Of a DNA stretch of 64,000 nucleotides, positions 13,856 through 27,410 are shown piece by piece. Both the position numbers and the translations under genes were made by a program. The first letter of the stretch is position 1, and each line of letters opens with the position of its first letter. Source of the stretch: Geosiphon pyriformis uo1. Taxonomy: Eukaryota; Fungi; Glomeromycota. The stretch lies in assembly GCA_016748015.1 (NCBI GenBank), contig JAAOMT010000151.1, positions 186,001 through 250,000 of the forward strand, given 5' to 3'. The notes under the pieces were generated by a model. It saw only the letters and a list, made by a program, of their open reading frames with translations. It had not been told where the DNA came from and made no database searches.

Positions 13856-14235
13856 GAATCGAGATTTATGATTTCAAAGGGTGAAAAGTTACGAGGAATA
13901 TTGTGAGATGTTACAAAATTAGATTTGAACGATGTAAAGAAGGAGTGAATGATTTAAAAAGTCCAGTTGGATTTGGGTTACTGTTAGCTACGAATAAATC
14001 TAACTAGTATTTCTTTCAAGGCATTTTTCGATTTGGAAAATGTTCCTTTTGCGGAAGCCAAAGGCTCCCATCATTAAGCACCGTTGATATAGATAAAAAT
14101 TCCCACTTACCCTTTGTCTGAAATCATTATATCCAATGACTTCTTCAATCTACCGGAGGGTGGGAAAAAACGAAAGAATTATGGGATGGTTAGACTGGTC
14201 AAAGGAGAATAATAGAGCAGAGAATGGAGTTCGGA

Positions 14236-16272
14236 TTAATTAATAGCAGTGCTTTTATAACTGTTATTATTCAATCCGCCGGAATTGCCACCGCTGCTGT
14301 TATTGCCATTGTTATTGTCAGGCTTACTTTTTCGAATGACAAACCAATATATGGCCCCGGCAGCTATGATGAGGATGATTATGAAAATTAAGAGACACCA
14401 CCATTTTTTCTATTAAAAATTAGAAAAAGAAAAAGATCAGGAATAATAGTCTGAAATTTAAGAATAATTTATAAGCATTCAGCCATGTTTGAACGTACTC
14501 TTCGCGCGGATTTGGCACTTGTCAAAGCTTGTTCAACATGAACAACGCCTTGCTCCAAATCAGTAGTGATCTGAACCGCATGTTGCTCTATTGATTCGAT
14601 TTGGGTCTCTTGTGCTTCAACTAGCATAGACATCTCACTAAACAGATTTGCAAGTTCCTAAAGGAATAATTTATTTTATTTTGTAAAATTTTTAATATCA
14701 AAAAATTATATCATGTAAAAATATTAATGTGACAACATACCTCAATAGTCTTTTCGATCTTTTTGATTTCATCATGACGCTCTTGTACTTCACGGAGAGC
14801 TTCGCGTGCAGCACCATATCGTGTAGATTGCAGCAACTAAAGCAAAGATCGATTTATTAGATATGGGTGAAATAAGAGAAATTTTGAATGATTGATTTTG
14901 AAGTTTTCAGTACTAACAGATTGCGCAAAAATTTGGCCCCCTTCATCATTATCCAAGGCTGCTTCAATTTCTTCCTCGCTCGCGTTAGGTTTAACTAAAA
15001 AAAAGGAACGATTTATTGATTTTGTAAATTTACTCCATGATTCCAGATTTAAACTTTCAACCCACCAATTTTATATTGACGTTCCATACGCTGTCTATAT
15101 TTTTGACGATTTTGATATTCCATTTGTTGATAATTTTGTAATGTTTCTAAAAATTTTTTTCTGAGATTGGCGGCCTAAAAATAAAGCAAATTTTTTTAAA
15201 AGGGAAAATTATGGGGTGAACAATTTTTAAATGATGGCGGGAGGGGAGAAATAAAAGTTTACAAACCTGCGCTTTTCGTACGTTTAGGTCACCAGAACTG
15301 GGTGGAAGTTGTGCATTCATCGCTTCGATTTTTCTAATTCTATTTTTTACTTGCTGCCCAAGATTCCGTGTCTCAGTTGTGAGGGCATCAAGTTGATCTT
15401 TAGTTGAAGCATCCTCGCTAATCGTTCCAAGTGATCGACCATGTAATTCTTCGATTGCACTAATGTTGGATTGCATTTTACGGATAGCATCTTGAATTGA
15501 AGAAACCTAAAAGAAGAAAAATTGCAGAGTTTAAAAAAATCGGGTGAAGGAACATCATTAAATGAAAATAAAATATTGTCATTGAAGTAAGGTCCAGAAT
15601 CTTTAACAAACTTGAGGATGACTTTTTCGATATTCGGAAAATAATTCATCAAAAACTAAGCTGTTGATGAGCGCTATGACAGAAATCGTTATTTTCTTTC
15701 CATCCCAAAATTATAAATAGAAAACCAGGAAAACCAAGTCTCAAAATATCCTCTCCAGTAGCCCTCCCATGACCTTTAATAAATTGCACAAAAAATAACT
15801 TTTCCACATTCATAATATATACCTCTTCGAAAAAGGAGTTTACATTTGATGAGTTTTGATTTAGGTTTGAAAGTTCTACATCCTGCTGTGGAAAACCGGG
15901 GTTTATTCGGCCGCTATATTGTGGTTGTTGTTGTTGGTTATATGGGTTCACTGGTTGTTGCCTTGAGTATTGGTTCCCACCTCCTTGCGTAGGGGCTCCA
16001 TAACCATTTTGGCTATTGTAGGATGAAAGAAATTGAATATTATTAACATAAAGAAATCCTCAGGAAATTTTCGAAAAAAAAAAAAAACGGAAAAACTTTA
16101 CTAACTTATATTGATTACCATAGCCATCGTCATAGTGACCTTGTCCACCCTGTGGAGTAAAAAAAACTAAAAAGTCAGTTCGAAACATGCAAGTATTTGA
16201 ACAGTTTAAAGTGGCTAAAGTTTAGAAGTTCAAACAACGTACTCGTAAAGCATCGGTTCTGTCTCGACTCAT
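14236..16272 (-). CDS. SSO1: Plasma-membrane syntaxin (Qa-SNARE, Sso1/Psy1-like), multi-exon
   Basis: N-peptide MSRDR (ATG at 16272), Habc helices, SNARE motif ALREVQERHDEIKKIEKTIE|ELANLFSEMSMLVEAQ, transmembrane WWCLLIFIIILIIAAGAIYW. Confidence 0.9.
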
Positions 16273-17098
16273 ATTTAGTAAACCTTTTTAACGAAAAATT
16301 TGGAAGGGAGGAGAGATTTTGCTCGGTAATAGATAGAGAGAAGTATGAGATGAAATTTTCAAGAGGGAGAACAGGTGGAGTAAGAGGAGGTGAAGGGGAG
16401 GTGAGGGAAGTGTGAGAGTGTAGTTGGCGGGAGGGTATATGAAAAGAAGGAGCGGTCGGACAACAATACAACGAGGCTAACAAGAATAGCTTTGGTCGAA
16501 TACAGCTATTCTTGACGCTATTTTAAGTGCATGCGGATATTTCGCTGCACCTATTTTCAGAAAATATAATTACTGATAGTATGCATTCTCATACTATGAT
16601 ACACAGTGACAGTTTGGAAGTTCTGTTTATAAAATTACTATAAAAAATTTGCTGTTGTACTTGCAGTTTAGCGCCTTTCAATGAATGAGATATTTATGGC
16701 AAACACCATTTTGATACATTTACCAATATTTTTCTCTTATTTGTCCATTAATGCATCTGGTTACCAGTATAATCGGTGTTGGTAAATAAAGTTTGATCAA
16801 ATGAAATTGAGGAAAATAAGATTTTTCAAAAAATAAAATTTTATTCTAACTTGGGATCATAATCCAGAGAAATACAAATTCTTTAAAAAAGATACTATTA
16901 CTATTAAGACTGAAGGAATTTTCGATTTTAATTATTATAAAAATATACTCTCGAGTCTTATTAATGAAAATATATATTTTTGACTCTCAGGATATACTAA
17001 ATAATTCCCCCTTCCCTCTTTTAGATAATCATTGTCTTTAGTTCGAGAAACCGAAAGTTCTTTGGCGTTGCGGTAAATTCCATTGACTCAATGAATAC

Positions 17099-17615
17099 TC
17101 AAATAAGCTTGAACACTTCAAAGAATGCGGAGCCCACAACAACGAAAACAACAACACCCAATGCGAAGTAACCAAGAGGATATTTATTCGTCACCTCTTT
17201 TCGCTTTATGAAAAAGAATATCCGGTATTGATGGGAATGCCATATTGTAAATAAATAAAAACATGTTTAGTTAATATCATATTCTCTTAAATCCTTCAGA
17301 TTAGAAACTAAAATTTCAAGAAATATCACTTCCCCTTCCCCTTCCCCCTTTCCCTTCCCCTTCTGTAAACTTACAAGGCTAGGCCTAACAAAACCACGTT
17401 TATGGACGTTGCCAGCATAAGCTTGATTCCGAGCACGAATTGTTTGTGTATTTGGCTTCTTAATGGTTATCAAAGAAAAGATTCCAGAAAAGGATTTAAA
17501 GGCAAGATTGTCAAACAGGAAAAGGAGCAAAGTGAAGGTTTTAAGTAAGATCAACTGAAACTTTTGGATAGGGAGAAATGGCCGAGAGCAACAAGAAAAA
17601 AGTGATACTTACCAT
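17099..17615 (-). CDS. YSY6: RAMP4/SERP1/Ysy6 stress-associated ER protein (~62 aa, 3 exons; exon 1 codes only the ATG)
   Basis: ATG|gtaagt at 17615-17613; exon 2 PNTQTIRARNQAYAGNVHKRGFVRPSL; exon 3 RKEVTNKYPLGYFALGVVVFVVVGSAFFEVFKLI*. Confidence 0.85.
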
Positions 17616-18267
17616 TTTGTATAATATGAAAAGGAGAAAAAGGAGAGGGAAGATTGGTTACGCTTCAATGAAATAAATCGCTAAACAACTTTTAAGAAGA
17701 AAACTTGTAGGAGGCTGCTACGTGGCAAAGTGGTTTACTTATAAATATTTTGGACCATGTGATATAAATCAGCCAAGTGAATCATATTATTGTTTTATTG
17801 ATAAATATGTATATTTATTACTATTTATATATTTTTTACGATTTTAAAAATATTGATTTCAATTAATGTATAAACTTTTATTTTATTTTATTTTATTTAA
17901 AAATAAAAAATAATTTATTTTTATCACATTAACATAAATAATAATATCCGGGTAGTCACATCTATAATTGCTAAAAATAAAAATTTAATATTTATCAAAA
18001 TGTAAATTTTTTTATTATAAATTTTTTTTTGTATATATATGTTATTTTTAAAGAAATTGGTTTTAAATTTAAAAAAATAAAGTTCAATATTTAAAATTAA
18101 TTAATTTATTATCTTTGTAATTGAAGATTTAAATTTTCTTAAAACAAAAATAATTGGAACAATAATTATTAAATCATTCTCATTTATGATACTATAAAAC
18201 AGCCACTCGGTTCTACCACATAGACCGAGTAAATGTTTTTGAGAGGTGGCCAAGAAGATTATAAATT

Positions 18268-20179
18268 ATGGCAGAAAACAACTTGGCCGAATTAGAATTT
18301 TCATCCAGTATAGATTTTCAACCGCTTCTTCGAAATAAAAAAAAGAGTGTTAATACCAATGAGGCCATCACCACACAACTCGAACTATTTTCTTGGAAAT
18401 TTTACGCGTTTGGTTCTGAAGTCTACGCGGTCATTGGTTTATCATTTATGGCCTTGATTCTTGAACGGCTTGCCGCGAATCAGGGAGTCTTATCCTCGGA
18501 CCATTTAACCCCATGCATCAACTCCACTGCCTTAGAGGCTTCCGAGGAAATTCGTTGTGTGGTCAAAATTTTTGGGAAACATGTTGACACAGCAGCTTTC
18601 AGCATGTACACTTTTTCAATCAGCGTCTTTCTACAAGCCATTACTGCAATTTCCATAGGTGCCGCTGCAGATCATGGATCCGTAAGGAAAGCCCTGCTTC
18701 TTTTCTTTGCATTCTTCGGCTCTATATCTACCATGTGTTTTTTGATACCAACCCTTTTGCTTGCTTTTGTTGCTATTTCTTCGAACGTTTCCTTTGGTGC
18801 GTCAATTGTATGCTTGAATGGTTTTTTACCAGTGTTGGTGAGAAATCATCCTGAAACACGCGAAATTGCCAATCGAATTCGCGCATATACAAATCGAGAT
18901 TCTCAGAATCCTGAAAATGACTATGACAGAATCCATGTTGTTGAGTCAGAAGAAATCCCTAATGAAAATACTTCAATCGACCATCTTACAACCACAAAAG
19001 ACCGTTCGGTATTCTCTTCATCAGACGAGTCGCTTTGTGATGAACCTATTTCTCATAATAAAACAATAGAGGATTTGATCTTAGATCTAAACACAAAAAA
19101 AGAACAGTTAACTGGTCAAATTTCCCTTGAGGGCTTCTCTTATGGATATTTTGGAGGGGTAATTCTATTAAGCGTGTGTCTAGTAATATCAATCATATTG
19201 CACGGATCTATAATGAGTCTTCAAATTGGAGTATTTTTATCGGGTCTTTGGTGGTTTCTGGTCTCCTTATTTTTATCTCGGTTATTACCGAATCGTCCAG
19301 GACCTCCATTGAAACTTGGCAATGGTGACAAAGTTCGACCGATCGATTATGTAACATTTTCATGGAAACGATTATGGATTAATATTTTGGAAGCAAAACA
19401 TCTTAAAATGACATTTCGATTCTTGACAGCTTGGTTTTTGTTATCAGATGGTAAGATATGTTCAGTTCATTATAAAATCACATTATCTTTATTAATATAT
19501 CATGTTCCATTCTTTCATATTCGGATAGGGTATACCACTATCTCCTCAGTAGCATTACTATTTGCACAGACTACTCTACAAATTTCTCCTACTGGTCTGA
19601 TCACCATCTCCTTGTTAACTCCTGTATCTGCTCTTTTAGGGACCATTTTATGGCCTAAAATACAAACATATTTAGAGCTGACAACCAAACAAACAATTCT
19701 TTTACTCTTGCTGTTTTTGGTCACTATACCCTTGTATGGTTGCTTGGGCTTTATCTCGCCTATAGGAGGATTGAAAACCTCCGCTGAAATGTATTTTTTG
19801 GCAATCTTGTATGGATTTTTGATTGGTCCAATACAAGGTTATTGCAGAAGTTTGTTTGCAGAGTTAATACCCCAAGGTAGAGAAACGGAATTTTTTGCGT
19901 TATATGCCGTGACGGATAAAGGATCGAGTTGGCTGGGCCCATTATTGGTAGCAATAATTACAGGTATTTTAAAAGTTATCCAATGAAATTTTTATTAGAT
20001 TTCAAAACTAATAATTTCCCAATATATGTATAGATCTCACTCACGAAATAAGATATGGCTTTCTATTACTTGTGGTACTATTGTTTCTGCCAATACCGAT
20101 ATTATGGAATTTGGATGTTAAGCAGGGTAGAATACAAGCTACTGAAGCTTCAATAGAGGAGGATAATTTTCGTAATTAA
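18268..20179 (+). CDS. ATG22: Vacuolar effluxer Atg22 (MFS-like)
   Basis: WKFYAFGSE, GAAADHG..RK, FLTAWFLLSDG, CRSLFAELIPQGRETEFFALYAVTDKGSSWLGP. In-frame 78 nt intron at 19451-19528 and a second intron at ~19964-20033. Confidence 0.92.
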
Positions 20180-20345
20180 GAAATCCTCGACGAAAAAGAT
20201 TTTTTTTTCAGTGGCAAATTCTAAAGACAAATAACCATATTTTAGATAGTAACCTGTACTAATAGTAGTCTCAAGTTAATTATTTGAAATCTAAATTTGC
20301 ATCTTGTAGAACCGCTAGGAAAAGTTCAACCCATGATAGCTTCAT

Positions 20346-22394
20346 TTAACATACGGTTTTTTGTACATGGATTAATCGATAGTTACTTTTCCCTGTTCTA
20401 AGAACGCAAACCAACCCGTCAATCAGATCCTTTTCTACGAGCAGATAATCTGGATCAGTTATCCTACGATTATTCAAGTATAGACCCCCAGACTTGATTA
20501 TTCTCCGTGCTTCACTTTTGGATTTGCACGAGCCAATAGCGAAAGCAACTCGATCGAGACAAACGTCAAAAAATCCTTCAGAGGGTAACGAAACCAAACA
20601 AGAGTCATTATTGAAAGCTTCAATAAGATCTTGACCACGGATATTTTCCAAGGATGAACCAAAGATAATCTTGGTGGCTAGTTGTGCGCTTTCAAGTCCA
20701 ATTTCTGCATTGAAGAAAAATAAATATTAATGAATAAAATATTCAAGAACTTGAGTAATGAGGCCGCTTACTTCCGTGTACGAATTCCGTCGTTTCCGTT
20801 GCCAATCTGGTTTGAGCATAATGATTTTCTGGGTGATCCTCGATGAGTAATGATGTTATATGTTATTTCTACGGAATTAAACCTCATTAAACTCTAATTT
20901 TTTGAATTAAGAAATAAACCCAAAATTTTACCATATGTTGCTTCATTATTTGATTAATTTCTTCAATTTCCAAAAATGTAAAAATTTCAAGATATTTTTT
21001 CACATCATCGTCCTTGATTTTCATCAAGTGCTAAAAAAAAAAGTCGAAATGAGTTCGAGTGTCATTTTGAAAACCAATTTTGCAGTGCCTCACCTGGTAA
21101 AACTCATAAGTGCTTGTTCGGTTTATATCTAACCAGACAACATTTCCAACAGATTTTCCTAACTTTTCTCCAGAAGAAGCTAATAACAAGGGCATCGTAA
21201 GACCATAAGCTTGTTCTTTTTGAACATCCTTTTCTAAATTGGTTGAATCGGTTGTTAGATTCCTCTTTTTTTGAATCATATCGATACCCGCTATAATATT
21301 GCCCCATTGGTCACTCCCTCCAAGCTATAATGGGAGTAAATCTAATTCTTAGAGTTTACCCGAAAGGATGATTAGTTGAAACTGCTTAGCAATTAAAAAG
21401 AGTTAAATACTTGGATCCGACAATCATGATAATTATAAAGATACCAAAAATCATAAGCTTGAAGGAGTTGATAAGAGAATTCCGTGAAGCTGATCCCCTG
21501 TGCGATCTGCATCCGTGATTTGACACTTGAGAAAAAAAAGATTCAATAATTGAGCTTTTTATTTTGAATAGAAGTAAATGAGACTAACCTCTCCCTCATA
21601 AGCATAGGTCCAATTCGAGCAAACCTCCCAACATCTCGTAAAAATTCAATGGCCGACATTTTTTCAAACCAATTCAAGTTATTTAGAATCTTCAGATCTG
21701 CACCATTTATATGCTTTGTAAGATTTCTGCTTGCGGCATAATCAATGCCATTTTTTAAGATTTTACGAATCTGAAGTTCAAGGCATCTAGCATTAAAGAT
21801 AAGCGTTTCGTTATCCAAGATTTGACGTTCCGATTCCCGACCAGAAGGATCCCCTATAAATCCAGTAGCACCACCTAACTTTTAATTGGAGGGAGGTTGA
21901 ATACTTTGAAGTAACGTGTAATAGAGTTAGAAACAAAAAGTAATCATACCAAGGCTATGATATTATGGCCCCGCAAATAAAAATGCATTAACCCTATTAG
22001 GGTTATTAAGTTCCCCAAGTGGAGACTAGAAGCTGTTGGATCTATACCACAGTATATCGTGGTGGGAGACTTGACAAACTCTTCTAGTTGAGGGCTGTAA
22101 AAAGCGGAAGAGGATTAATCAAGCCTTGTAGCCTGTGCCACCTGCAATACCCATTTGACAAAGATTCAAAATCAAGTGCCTGGTCTGCGCGTTGACTAAA
22201 CCGCGTGCAGCCAACCCAAGCACCGCATTGTTCTCGGATATTCTTCCAGACAATTTGCAAGTTCCGGACCCTAAGTATCGTGTAAAAGGTTGTTGGTTTA
22301 GCAAAGAAAAATATTTTGTTCGCCTTAACGCTCTATTTATTGATAAGAGATAGCCGAAACCAAAAAACTTGTGCGAATGGAAGGGAAAATTCAT
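20346..22394 (-). CDS. MSY1: Mitochondrial tyrosyl-tRNA synthetase, multi-exon
   Basis: [57 protein letters not shown]-terminal S4-like domain; basic N-terminal presequence. Confidence 0.93.
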
Positions 22395-23378
22395 TCTTAA
22401 AGTTGTCGTGATTTCAAATAAAACAATATTTTTATATGTAGTTTAAACCTGAAAAAAAATTTTTATACATTCAGGTTTTTTATTTCTATGATAGGATTGA
22501 TTTATACCTCAATGGCGTGGTCAGGATGAAAGAAGTTATACTTTGGTGTAATTACAAAAGATTCCTCAGCTTGATCCATTTTCTCTCCAATAGCTGTTTG
22601 TCTTTCTCAATTTCCTCAAGCTTGATGTTTCTCCAAAAAGATTTAATGGTTGTAAAAAAAAAAAAAGTAGAAAAGAATTATGGAGAACTTGATGCATTTA
22701 CTATAACTTGTTTCAACATAAAGCAAAATAAGTAATTATGAACTGCGAATAAATGAGTTGTTCTTGGCACTAAGATGAGTTGTCTCTGGCCTCCACGCAA
22801 ATTTAAAAAGCCCACCAGAGGAAGTTTCATAACTAACCTAATGTGTTGAAAGGTTACTTAAGTGGTTGTTTTAACAAAGTCCAACTTCTTTTCTATTCCC
22901 TTGCTACTTCTTGCCTTTTTAACTTAATTAGGCTTAAATACTTACCTTTAACTCACCATCTTTGTTGAGGATGGAGGCCGTCTTCAATTTTCATCTACTG
23001 TGTTTTCTGCAATGTATGAAATGAACTTTGACCCAAGAGTATGCTCAACTGTTTTATTGAAAAGTCATCTTTTGTCTTACGAAATTTCGGAAGAGAGAAA
23101 TCATCTTTCCATGCTTCAAACTGTAGTTGCATCATTTCAGCATTAAAAAAAGACGAAAGACAAAAAAAACCAGTAAAAGCAATGTCTTTATTTAAAGCAT
23201 AACGCGTTTTTTCAAAAAACTCAATATTTAATTGATTTAGATCACAATTGTTAGAGCACTGCCTTAATAAAATTATTTATATTATTATATTTTGATATAA
23301 TGAGTGTAAATTCTAATCTACATTTCGAAAAGATAAATAGATTGATCAGAAAAGTTTTTTCGAATTCCCTGTTTTGAA

Positions 23379-25467
23379 ATGATTTGTAGAGTAAATTTCC
23401 ACCTTTTGAAAGCCTCACAACGCTCTCTATACTCGACAGCTTTAATTAATAACCTCCGTCTGCTTCAGACTCAAATTCCTATTAATTTTCAAGAAAAGTT
23501 AAGAACGCCACCGCGTTCATTTTCCGTGTCTCGGGGAGAAAGCTGGACAGATATTTTAGAACAAGTTGAAAAAAATTTTGATCTTTTAAGGGGCGCGAGA
23601 AATTGGCCGGATTTTAGAAAGGAAAGGGAAGCTTTAGGAAAGAAATTACAGGTACAAGGTTTCTTATGCGACTTTTATGTTTTGGTTCTATCCACCCTTT
23701 CTTTAGCTATTATTTATATTCCTTGTTACCTAGCAAAGACAGAAACCACATGGAGCTCTGAGTTTACCGGACTTCAAAAACGGGAGTCATTAATTTGTAG
23801 TCAACTTGAGAGATATGAAAAACTTGAAAAAAAACTCTTAGAGACAAAGGAGTTGGCAGGTTTGTTTGTTTTGGTAGCATCATTAACTTTTCTACAAGTA
23901 TTTCACCTATCGTTTCAACATTTTGTACTTGCCAGAATTAGCCCGAGAAGAGAATGATGAACAATTAATGGGTGTAGTTCAAGAGGATGGAATGCAGCTT
24001 TACGCTGAAGTAAAGGATCTCACTCTTAAATCTCTCATGTAAATAAAATTTGAACTTATTACTACTTCCCGTTACGATTATGCTAAAGTTTACCATTTGT
24101 TCAATTATGCAGGTCTGATGAAGGAGATACAAATGGCTGCATTATACAGATAAATCCTGGTGCTGGTGGCGATGAAAGCTGCGACTGGGCTGGGATGTTA
24201 TTTAATATGTATGAACGATGGGCTAGGAAGAATGAATTTACTGGTATATGCATTCATTTAGAATTTTTTTTTTACTTCTATTCCTAACTTACTAATACAT
24301 TATTTGAATTGTTTTCATTTAGTCACAACCCTTGATTATATTAGTGGGGATATTGCTGGATGTAAGTCGGCTTCAATCCAAATTGATGGTAATTATGCCT
24401 ATGGTTGGTGCAAAAAAGAGTCTGGAGTTCACAGACTCGTCAGAATATCTCCTTTCGACTCACAGGTATAGGTCTTACTATCGTCAAAGCGTAAAGTTAA
24501 TCTGTTAAAATTAATATATTGAATTCTTACGGTCAGTAATATCATAGCGCAGGAGACACACCTCTTTTGCATCAGTCAAGGTTTTCCCCGTTGTTAAAGA
24601 GGATGACAAAGATTCAGCAATTGATTCCATTCCATCGTCAGACCTCAGAATTGATTTTTATCGATCCAGTGGACCTGGGGGACAGCATGTTAGTTAAAAG
24701 TTTTTTTATATTGCTGCTAATTTATTTTCTTAGATTTTATAAATAGATCATATCATTCTGTCTACATAGGTGAACACTACAGATAGTGCAGTACGAATCA
24801 CACATCTACCAACTGGAATAGTTGTTCAGGTGGTGTCTATAGTTAACGCACTGTTCTCTATTGATACTAGAGTTTGTGCTTGCAAATTTAACCATTGATT
24901 CTAATTTTTTAGTGCCAAAACGGGCGTTCACAATATGGAAATAAAGCCTTTGCAATGACAATGCTTCGTAGCAGATTGTATGATAGATTACTAAGAGAAA
25001 GGTTTTATTATAGTTACTATTTCATCATTATACGTATTTGGATTATTAATGATTAGTACTCTGTAGAAACGCTACCAAAGAAGCATTTTACTCTTCATTG
25101 CCAGATAATGCATGGGGATCACAGATCCGGTCTTATGTTCTGCATCCATATCAGGTTTTTTTCCTTTTTGTTTTTCATCTGTTATAACTTTAATGAAAGG
25201 ATCCTCCTATCCGGATTTTAATACTTGAGCGGTTACCCACTTTTAAGATTTAATTATCCCATTGTTTTTAAAAGCTTATAAAAGATTTGAGAACAGGATA
25301 CGAAACGTCACAAACTGAATTAGTTCTGGAACAAGGGGAATTAGAGGGGTAAGTTCGACATCTATTATCGGATAGCCTTAATAATATTCTATGTTCAACC
25401 TGATCATTACATTATTTCCAGATTCTTAAAAGCATGCTTGAGCCACTTTTGCCCATCTAAAAATTGA
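23379..25467 (+). CDS. prfB: Bacterial-type peptide chain release factor 2, probably mitochondrial, multi-exon
   Basis: [42 protein letters not shown]|[17 protein letters not shown]|[31 protein letters not shown]|LIKDLRTG. N-terminus resembles a presequence. Confidence 0.9.
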
Positions 25468-25752
25468 TGCTTTAGATTTCCAACGGCTTGTTTGTTACAT
25501 ATAACCAAGATTTTCACTTATTCAATGGAAGGCAATGAAAAGAGGCTAAATAAAACGAGCTGCCCCATTTCGCGTTTCATATTTAATATCTTTATTAATA
25601 AATCCGTCGCCCACAATTTTAATTGTGGCTAGCTAATCAATTACGTAATATCTACTTGGATTAAATTTACATTTACCAAATCAGTTAATTGCTTCAGCTT
25701 TTGTCTCCGTTGCATACTAATTGGGTTCAAGCTTCTCTGCAAGTTTTTAGCT

Positions 25753-27410
25753 ATGAGACCGCATACAGCTGAAGCTTCGTTCCGCTTCACACTTAGTGAC
25801 CTTCCTTTAAGACAAAACGTTTACACTGAATGTTTCGGGCCAACTAAAGAATGGACTTGGTACCTTCAACTCTGTAACCAGGATTTTCCACAACACTTTC
25901 TATCAATTTACGCGTGTCCAGAGCTGGTTTCGCCAACACTGAGAAGGGACGCGTCTTCTTCATCAACTTTGTCTTCCCAAACAACCACCTCGGATCATTC
26001 AAGTGTTAGAATCTCGTTTTCTACACCACCAACACCGCATTCCTCAAATAGTGCCTCAACCACCATTAGTGCTGTTGCAGCTTTAACAAGGCAGCTCTTT
26101 CCAGAAGTAATATCTGATTCTACGTCCACAGCTACTATGAACGCTTACTTAAGTGAATGGAAGCGGAATATAGGGCAAATTAAAGTTGGCGTATTCACTT
26201 TACAGAATAAGCCAATCATCCTAAGTGAAGATAAGAATAAAACTCTATGCACTTCAAGTCGTGATTTGGGGTATTTTTTTATCAATTTCTCTTTTCAGTT
26301 CCTGCGCCAAGAATTTTCAAAGAGGATGCCATAGGATTTTTAAAATTGATTTATAATATTTTCTCAAGCTGGAAGATCCAATTTCAGGATATTGAACGTG
26401 CAATTGGAAATTTGGCTGATCCTTCGGCCGCTGGGATCATGATCTCTGTGCAAATTGTAGCCAAGACTAACTTGGTTGAAGAACGTCTACAAATGTGGCT
26501 CTCTAATCATCGGCATCCGACTCCGCAATGGCGAAGTTGGTTGAATAATGAGCGATTGGCCGATGTGGTATTGGTCTATGCGGCACATCCAAAAGATGAG
26601 AAACGTAAGGAGGAAGAATCCGGACAAAAATTTTTTGTACATCGGTTAATATTGGAAACTGCCAGTGAATATTTCAGCTCAATGTTTCGGAGTGGTCTCA
26701 AAGAATCCCATCTGTTACTAGAATCTAATGATTCAGATCGTGGCAGTTTTAATGGCTGTGGCTCTAGAACTATTCTCAAATCTCAAAATAGATTGTCATC
26801 ATCTTCTAGCCAAAAAAAAGCTAAAGAGATTCCGACTATTCCTATTTATGGCCCTGATTCGGCAAATATCCCTCCTTCTGTATTTCTTTCCTTCTTGGAA
26901 TACTTGTACACCTCTGAGTTAACACAATATCTACCGATGAATCCACTGGAACGACGCCAATTATATCAACTCGCCCACATGTATCAGGTTACTTCTTTAT
27001 GTCATTATATTACGGACATGATTATATATGATTTCGAGGATATCAGTGTAAATAATTGTGTCGAATATCTACAATTTGCTGAACCTTATCGAGTGAATGT
27101 AAATGATGGAAATAGCACATGGAACACTCCTTCAGGGAACCGAATGGTAGACAGGGATGGCAATTGGATTAATAATGTTAGCTTTTATGACTATGAATCT
27201 GACTTTGATGATTTCACTAATTATGCCGATGATAAGCGTGGGTCGGAACCGACATCGTTTCTTTGGCAAGCGATAGTAGACTTTATCGTTGTTCGTCGCC
27301 GATCGATCACGGACACTGAAGCATTTAAAACTTGGTTATCAGATACGGGCAGTAAAGAAGCGGTCCATGAAGTCGTGCAAGAATTATCTCGTGGCACGAG
27401 TTTTTATTAA
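25753..27410 (+). CDS. BTB/POZ domain protein with MATH-like N-terminus (2 exons)
   Basis: LADVVL..FFVHRLILETASEYFSSMF..GLKES..FLEYLYT..LAHMYQV..L. Intron at ~26270-26368. Confidence 0.8.

Noticed and set aside
19451-19528. Apparent 26 aa insertion in Atg22
   Set aside because: It is a stop-free in-frame GT-AG intron; removing it restores LSDGYTT.
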